DNA of 57,775 nt, filler included, from Ionaspis alba (lineage: Eukaryota), in NCBI GenBank assembly GCA_964255285.1. It is 2 parts of 2 records of this genome, joined end to end, with 100 filler letters (N's around TTAATTAATTAA, not from the genome) between each part and the next. Parts side by side here need not be neighbours in the genome. Positions count along the whole stretch, not along the records: positions 29,107 to 57,775 come from CAXUUL010000125.1; 1 more part is not named here. One strand, 5' to 3'. Positions 50,735-57,775 of the stretch are shown in pieces. Each line of letters begins with the position of its first letter. The stretch's first letter is position 1. The notes beneath the pieces are model-generated. The model was not told the origin of the DNA, did not search any database, and saw only the letters and a list, made by a program, of their open reading frames with translations. A program made the position numbers and the translations under genes.

Positions 50735-53700
50735 ATGTCTTCGTTACTCTCTCCCAGCCGGTCGGTCGGGTCACAAGTCCGATTTGACTTGAGCGAGGAG
50801 ACACGTCTGGCACAATTAAGACGGATCGAAGAACTCAAAGGTCGAATTGGAGACATTCCTGCTCCTTCATGGCTGGATCAGAGTATGTCAGAAGACCAAC
50901 CAAGAGCATTACCTGGTTGCGGTCAACCAATGTATTCTGGTTCTGATTCAGATTTTGAATACTCTCGAGAGCAGAATCTGTCAATAGATTCGCAACAGGC
51001 ATTCTCTGTGGGTGAAGACCACGCTCCTCCAGATCTACCCGACCCAGATGTTCTCGACGACAATGCTGACTCTAGCATGAATCGTTGGTACGAAAACGGC
51101 GACATCTTATCCAGTGATGAGGAGTCAGTACCGGTAATAGGAGATTCAATGGAGATCTCAGATGAGACCTCGCAATCTCGCTCGCACAGGATGGGAAGCA
51201 CGCCTTCTAAAACATCCGCTTTATCTTCTAATACATCAGAAGACACACCTGACATCAAACTTGAGGTAGAGGAGTGCATAGTGGTGGAGAAACCAACGGA
51301 GAAATTCTCACCAGCATCCACCCTTTCATCGCAATTGTCGCCTGCGAAATCTACCATACCAATTATTCCTCGATGCTCAAAAGATTCAAAAGATAAGGCT
51401 ATCCCTAAACGACGACGAAGTAATTCGAAGGCAAAGGCTCTTAGATTCTCCGACTTTCGCGCTCGAACTTCCATTCCATCAAATATACCACACGAAGAAT
51501 TGGCCAGACAAAGTGTGGAAGCAGCGTTGTCATCGAGACTGAATCCTTTCGCGTTACACGATAACGAGTATAGAATGCTTGAGAATCACATATGTCACGA
51601 GCATGTTACAGCCTACATCAACATCCGAAACCGTATCCTACGACTTTGGGTGCGCAACCCCCTTGTCAGTGTGACGCCAGAAGAGGCTGCTGGCTGTGCA
51701 TACAGCTCAAGATGGCTCGGACTGGCTGAAGTCGCATACGAATGGCTACTTCGAGATGGCTACATTAATTTTGGTTGCGTCACAGTACCTGAAACGTCAA
51801 CTGGGAGGGCTAAGAAATACAAACGGGAGCGACCACAGAAGACTATCGTGGTTATTGGTGCCGGAATGGCTGGCTTGGGATGTGCTAGACAGCTAGAGGG
51901 TCTCTTCAGTTACTACCGTGAAAAGTGGACATCTATAGGCGAGGAACAACCGCGAGTGGTGGTGCTCGAAGGCCGTAGTAGGATTGGTGGTCGCATCTAC
52001 TCTCATCCACTTAAAGATCAGGCATCTCATGGCATACCCAAGAACCTCCGGTGTACGGCAGAGCTTGGCGCCCATATCATTACTGGATTTGATCATGGCA
52101 ATCCCCTAAACATGGTCATTCGTGGCCAGCTCGCATTACACTACTATCCTCTAAAAGACAATTCCTCTCTGTACGATATTGATGGACAAGTAGTGGAAAG
52201 GGACCGAGACAAGATGGTCGAAAGGCTTTTTAACGACATACTCGATCGAGCCAGTCTCTATCGACACAAGAATCCTGCCCCGTTACTTATCGAAGGAGAT
52301 CGCACTTTGATTGAGGCTGGACGCGACCCAACCGGAGAAGCAGGCAGAACAATCAGTAGAGTAGAAAGAGAAGAGAGGGGGGGAAATAAGATTCACGAAC
52401 AACCCAATGGGTCTATAGCTGAGCAAGTTCCAGCTGGTCTTGACAAGCTCACTGGAAAGGCTCACATGGTGTCCGGCTCCCGCAAAAAAGCATCTCCCGC
52501 AGTGGCAGCGGAGGCAATGGGCTGGAAGCTGGCATCAAGTGTACTTGCTTGTCAAGAGTTCAATTTGGACAAAGTCGTCAAGTCGATGGAGCATCCCACC
52601 CTTGGTGCTGCTATGGACGAAGGCGTAAAGCAGTACCAATACCTTCTTGATCTGTCTCCTCGAGACTTACGACTACTGAATTGGCATTTTGCAAATCTCG
52701 AATATGCAAATGCCGCAAATGTCGCTAGCTTGAGTCTGGGCGGTTGGGATCAAGATATTGGTAACGAGTTCGAAGGCGAACACGCTCAAGTCATAGGGGG
52801 GTATCAGCAGGTGCCTCGAGGAATACTGCATTATCCATCGAAGCTCGATCTCAGGACTGGAAAAGCCGTCAACGATATAATGTACGACAGATATGCTTCC
52901 AGAGAGGTTGAATCGGTTCGCTCGACGAGGGTGGTGTGTGAGGATGGTTATCGCATAGGAGCTGATCATGTCGTGCTTACCGCCCCACTCGGTGTATTGA
53001 AAGAACGTACGATCAAGTTTGACCCCGAGCTTCCAGATAGCAAGCTTCGATCGATTGACCGCTTAGGCTATGGGACTCTCAATAAAGTCATTTTGGTCTT
53101 CAAAGAGCCTTTCTGGGACGTCGACCAGGACATGATTGGCCTATTGCGGGACTCCGAGATATGTAACAGCCTGAATCAAGACGACTATGCTTCGGGTCGT
53201 GGAAGATTCTATCTTTTCTGGAATTGTGTGAAAACAAGCGGTCGCCCTCTACTGATAGCACTCATGGCTGGGGATGCCGCGCATCAGGCCGAAGTTCTCT
53301 CTGATGATGAGATCGTCTCTGAGGTCACCGTCCAGCTGGCCAGGATGTTCAAGCAAAGGACTGTTCCCAAACCCCTGGAGACCATCGTTACTAGGTGGTC
53401 AAAGGATCGATTTGCACGCGGCACTTACTCCTACGTCGGTCCCACAGCCCAATCAAGCGACTACGACGAGATGGCAGAACAACTCGGCAATCTCCACTTC
53501 GCGGGCGAAGCAACCTGCGGCACCCACCCAGCAACAGTCCACGGCGCTTACATCTCCGGCCTGCGAGCCGCAAGCGAAGTCATCTACGACCTACTAGGCC
53601 CCATCGAAATCCCTCGTCCCCTCGTCCCACCCGCTCCCACCAAGCCAGAAGTCTCGCCCGCATCCCCACCCAAAAAAACAACCGACACAACCCCCACATC

Positions 53701-54247
53701 CACCGAATCCCCAAAAAGTAAACAAGCCCGCCTCCAAGCTGTTGAATCCGAAATCCTCGCCGCCATCTTCGCCAAACTCGGTCCCCGCCCCGACAAACCC
53801 GGCCGCTCAGGCGCCAACCCCTTCCTGCTCTTCTCCAAAGACAAATGGGTCGATTGCAAAACCAAATGCGACGAAGCGCGACGGGCCGCTCTGGGAAACC
53901 CGACTGCCAAAGCCTCGAGGAACGAGATCCGTATTGCGCTCGGCCAGATGTGGCGCGAGTCGAGTGATGAGGTCAAGAGACCATATATTGAGAAGACGGT
54001 GACCAATCGCGCGGTCAATCATGAGAGTGCGGCGACTTTTGGGGACAGGGTCGCGGAGTGGGATAAGGAGGCTATGGGTATTAGGAGGGAGTTTGTGAGG
54101 GAACATCCCGGGTTGTTGTCCGGTGAGGAGGAGAGGAATATGTGGCAGGCGTTGGGGGTCTTGGGGGGCGCGGAGAGGAGGGCGAAGAAGTTGTCCGGAT
54201 ATGCGGATAGTGATGGGGAGGGGGTGGATGCGGTGCTTGCTGTGTGA
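50735..54247 (+). CDS. Lysine-specific histone demethylase LSD1-like (SWIRM + FAD amine oxidase + HMG box)
   Basis: SWIRM (YINIRNRILRLW…WLLRDGYINFG), Rossmann IGAGMAGL, LEGRSRIGGR, ELGAHIITG, HFANLEYAN, FAGEAT…TVHGAYISGLRAA. C-terminal HMG box ANPFLLFS…LGQMWR…KRPY. The true start may lie further upstream. Confidence 0.92.
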   Translation: MSSLLSPSRSVGSQVRFDLSEETRLAQLRRIEELKGRIGDIPAPSWLDQSMSEDQPRALPGCGQPMYSGSDSDFEYSREQNLSIDSQQAFSVGEDHAPPDLPDPDVLDDNADSSMNRWYENGDILSSDEESVPVIGDSMEISDETSQSRSHRMGSTPSKTSALSSNTSEDTPDIKLEVEECIVVEKPTEKFSPASTLSSQLSPAKSTIPIIPRCSKDSKDKAIPKRRRSNSKAKALRFSDFRARTSIPSNIPHEELARQSVEAALSSRLNPFALHDNEYRMLENHICHEHVTAYINIRNRILRLWVRNPLVSVTPEEAAGCAYSSRWLGLAEVAYEWLLRDGYINFGCVTVPETSTGRAKKYKRERPQKTIVVIGAGMAGLGCARQLEGLFSYYREKWTSIGEEQPRVVVLEGRSRIGGRIYSHPLKDQASHGIPKNLRCTAELGAHIITGFDHGNPLNMVIRGQLALHYYPLKDNSSLYDIDGQVVERDRDKMVERLFNDILDRASLYRHKNPAPLLIEGDRTLIEAGRDPTGEAGRTISRVEREERGGNKIHEQPNGSIAEQVPAGLDKLTGKAHMVSGSRKKASPAVAAEAMGWKLASSVLACQEFNLDKVVKSMEHPTLGAAMDEGVKQYQYLLDLSPRDLRLLNWHFANLEYANAANVASLSLGGWDQDIGNEFEGEHAQVIGGYQQVPRGILHYPSKLDLRTGKAVNDIMYDRYASREVESVRSTRVVCEDGYRIGADHVVLTAPLGVLKERTIKFDPELPDSKLRSIDRLGYGTLNKVILVFKEPFWDVDQDMIGLLRDSEICNSLNQDDYASGRGRFYLFWNCVKTSGRPLLIALMAGDAAHQAEVLSDDEIVSEVTVQLARMFKQRTVPKPLETIVTRWSKDRFARGTYSYVGPTAQSSDYDEMAEQLGNLHFAGEATCGTHPATVHGAYISGLRAASEVIYDLLGPIEIPRPLVPPAPTKPEVSPASPPKKTTDTTPTSTESPKSKQARLQAVESEILAAIFAKLGPRPDKPGRSGANPFLLFSKDKWVDCKTKCDEARRAALGNPTAKASRNEIRIALGQMWRESSDEVKRPYIEKTVTNRAVNHESAATFGDRVAEWDKEAMGIRREFVREHPGLLSGEEERNMWQALGVLGGAERRAKKLSGYADSDGEGVDAVLAV

Positions 54248-55367
54248 TGGGTTTTGCGAGCATGGTGATGCATGGTGAGGCATGGTGAGTGGGAGGGAAG
54301 TGGGCATTGTACTTTTATCTGGGTGTGCTTGTTGGTATTCCAGGAGTATTTTTGTGGCATTGCGTCTCGTTGATGTGGAGGTAGGACTTTGGTACTTTTT
54401 TTGATAGATACTCGACTGCGCGTATTTTCGATCTGCCAATGGCTACACCAGATGCTTGCTCACGGCATCATCCTGACTTTGCCATGTGGGCGTTCTGTCC
54501 ATGGTTGGGGGAACCACGGTTTTGTCGACCCACTATTCTATGCAGGCTACGAGTCTGCAATATCCCCGCCGAAGTATGTTTGCTTGGTGGGCTGCTAAGA
54601 TTGATAGTCTTCGCCATCAACGATTTTGTGACACTGTCTGTAGTCTGGTAGTAGCGATGATAATATCACAAGAAATGAAATATCTATTCAGAATCTTTTC
54701 CGACCAGATATATTTCCAACGAGTGGGGGCCGTACTCGTTCAAGCAATTTCTGCCCCTCCCCAAATCTCGATCTAGTCCGCCTTGGCCTCCCGCATGGCT
54801 GGCACGTGCCCAAGCCCTTCCGGGCCTAGTCACCCGTCTAATCTTGTGTCAAGCGCAAGCGAGGTGCAAATACTCATCCAATCAGGGTTGCCACGCTACC
54901 GGAGTTAATCAAGGCCGATCCCCAGAGATGATTCGGCTCTGGTGCACTTCCCGCTGGATGGGTAGGGAACATTCGGACCTGCATTTTCTTCTCGTTCGCT
55001 CTTCTCTTTTAACATACAAGAAATTTACTCATCTTTCTTTACTGTCTCTCTGGTCAAGAGTTCTTTTCGTCCGTGAGCAAGAGGCTTGATTTTAGAAGAG
55101 GTGGATTAGAAATTATATATCCTTGCGAGTCACCTATCCGCCCCGCGATTTTGACATCTGCGCCGCAGACGCCATTGGGGTTGGCAGTGTTGCATTTTGC
55201 AAATCGGACGCTTCTCTACTACGACTTTTGTTCTCCAGCATAGTGGCTACACTCGAAAATCTCTGTGCTGTGCGGACTGCGATTGACTCTCTGAGAAAGC
55301 GCTTTGCGCTGAACTCGACTTCTGCCTGGACTGCTGGCCGCTGCCTACTGCGCGTTGGACGCCGAGC

Positions 55368-57775
55368 ATGTCTTCCTTTTTTGGAAAGTTACGCTCGAAC
55401 GCTGTGAGTACCACCCTGTTAGAGAGAGCATGGCATGATAGCAGGCGAGCGCCGAGTATCTATGGGACTTAAGTCTTGTATCTTCTGCTGGGCACGGTTG
55501 CTGACTCCTCTTCGTCTCCAAGGGCACAAGTCCATCGATAGGATCCTCGCCTGGGAAGAAAGACCCTAATCAACCTCAACCGACGCCGCTCGAGAAGCTC
55601 TTGCAAGATGCTGGTCCCATACGGAACGATGGAAGTGACAAATTCTTTGGAATGGAAAATGTACAGACCTGCAAACTTTGCTCCTGTTGATATAGTTGCT
55701 GACTCCTATTCGCTTTCTAGTTCGGAAACACCTGGTACGCCACAAAAAACACGTCGACCGCTCGTTGCTTGCTGACATAACTACCAGCTATTGCAACTCG
55801 ATATTACAGTGTCTATACTACTCGATACCATTCCGAGAACAAGCGATAAATTACCCTATGCGCTCCCCACTTGAGAGTATCACAGCAAAAGCCGCAGGAC
55901 TATCCAAATCAAACACCAACTTACCTAATGGACAATCACCTCTATCGCCGAACAAACCAAAAACTCCAGCTGGTTCGAGCTCCGCGAGGAATCCTGGCGG
56001 GCCAGTGGTACCTCAGAAGCCTGAAGACAAGGAGTCCCCAGAATACAAGAAGAAGCAGGCGATGCTGACAGGACCTATATTACCGATGAATTGGGAGAAT
56101 ACAACAACTTATGGAATGCCCGAAACCCTGTTCACATCGTTGAAAGATATGTTCGAAGGTTTGGTTGCTCACCCATCAAGAACTGGTGTCGTTAGTCCTA
56201 CCAAATTCCTCGAAGTGCTACGGAGAGACCATGAGATGTTTCGGACGGCTCAGCATCAAGATGCGCATGAGTTCCTGAACTTGTTACTTAATGAAGTTGT
56301 ATCGAATGTAGAAGTACATTCGAAGAAGCTTGAGGCAGAGAAGGCTACAAACAGTTCTACGGAGCCCAATGGTTTCGAAGCAGCACTGGCAGCTGCACCA
56401 CAGAACACAACCGGCACGAGAACACCCAGTAACACAGGATGGGTACACGAACTCTTCGAAGGAACTCTAACCTCAGAAACAAAATGTCTAACCTGCGAAA
56501 ACATCTCCCAGAGAGACGAAGCCTTCCTCGACCTCTCCGTGGACCTCGACCAGCACTCCTCCGTAACCTCCTGCCTCCGCAAATTCTCCGAAGAAGAAAT
56601 GCTATGCGAGCGCAACAAGTTCCACTGCGATAATTGTGGCGGCCTCCAGGAAGCCGAAAAACGCATGAAAATCAAACGCCTCCCGCGCATCCTCGCCCTC
56701 CACCTCAAACGCTTCAAATACACCGAAGACCAACAACGCCTCCAAAAACTCTTCCACCGCGTCGTCTACCCCTACCACCTCCGCCTCTTCAACACCACCG
56801 ACGACGCCGAAGATCCGGACCGCCTCTACGAACTCTACGCCGTCGTCGTGCACATCGGCGGGGGTCCTTACCACGGGCACTACGTCTCCATCATCAAAAC
56901 CCCCGACCGGGGCTGGCTACTCTTCGACGACGAAATGGTGGAACCAGTCGACAAAAACTACGTCCGCAATTTCTTCGGCGACCGTCCCGGCCTCGCCTGC
57001 GCCTACGTCCTCTTCTACCAAGAAACCACTCTCGAAGCCGTCAAAGCCGAACAAGAAGCCGAAGGTCTCGCCTCCGCCGCCGCCGCAAACCTCACCTCCT
57101 CCTCCCTCCTCTCGAAAGACAATCCCAATCTAAGTCTCAAAACAAACGGTCTAGCCATCGACGGCTTCCACGCCCTACACTCCCCCCTCACCGCCACTAC
57201 AATCAGTCCGCCCTCTGCATCCTCCCCCACAACCTGGGATCCCCTCGATCGCTCGACCACCGTAACCGCAACGCCGACTTCGCCTCTTCATCCCCTTGCG
57301 CACGCCGCGACGACGCCTGCGCTGCCTTCGCCGCCGGTTTTTGGCATCGCGCCGGTGAAGCTGGAGGTTTTGTCGAAGAAGGAACGCGCGAAGGAAGAGA
57401 AGGAGAGGAAGGCGGCGGAGAAGGAGCTGGAGAAGGCGGATAAGTTGCGCTTGAAACGGGCCGCGAGTCGGAGGAAGGAGGATGAGAAGAGGGGGACGTT
57501 GGAGCTGAGGCAGGCCTTGGATGCGAGTCGGGTTAGTAAGGCGGACGAGGATAGGCGTGCCGACGCTGTTGCTGGTAGTGGTACTTCTGCTGGTGGGAAG
57601 GAGAATGGCGCGCCTGTGCTTCCTGCTCCTGCGGCTGCGTCCACGGCGGTGCCCCAAGGGGGAGTGGGCAGCGTGCCGATTGCAGGTGGGGCGCTGAATC
57701 GGTTTCGGCAGAGCAGTAAGAGTATTAGTAAGAAGCCGAAGTTTTGGGGGTCGAAGGAGTCGGGAGCGGGGAAGG
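55368..57775 (+). CDS. creB: Ubiquitin C-terminal hydrolase CreB (USP12/46, Ubp9/13 family), 3'-truncated by the window edge
   Basis: [115 protein letters not shown]…[15 protein letters not shown]. Confidence 0.92.

Noticed and set aside
54261..54290. CATGGTGAnn x3 repeat (also AGATCTT x3 at ~37569-37596)
   Set aside because: Short simple repeats in UTR or promoter sequence with no evidence of function.
56634..57443. 269-aa Arg/Pro-rich alternative-frame ORF, and similar antisense ORFs across the window
   Set aside because: Shadow frames of C-rich or GC-rich real CDSs, with no independent motifs.

Overview
Gene-dense, intron-containing genomic DNA from a filamentous ascomycete. The taxon is inferred from 50-120 nt GT-AG introns with CTRAC branch sites and Pezizomycotina-type proteins. 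About 25 protein-coding loci are supportable, mostly housekeeping genes: SWI1/ARID, IMG2 (its conserved domain is absent from the ORF track), eIF3e, ARG4, rhomboid RBD2, UBP8, DAM1, a CSR1-like CRAL-TRIO protein, HNT1, RSA3, RRP14, SMC6, a GprM-like GPCR, RPS13, SDC1/DPY-30, NPL4, SEC66, MPH1, CAP2, an LSD1-like demethylase and creB (truncated at the window end). There are three 100-nt assembly gaps. One carries an artificial TTAATTAATTAA linker and one duplicates 55 bp inside CSR1. The least explained part is an accessory patch at ~38.1-40.9 kb. It holds an apparently disrupted secreted-protein gene and a degenerate five-copy ~147-bp tandem array with a conserved GTAAATA...CACGTG core. No rRNA, tRNA, CRISPR or transposase was recognised. 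All gene identities come from motif recognition by eye, not database searches, and exon boundaries are manual predictions.
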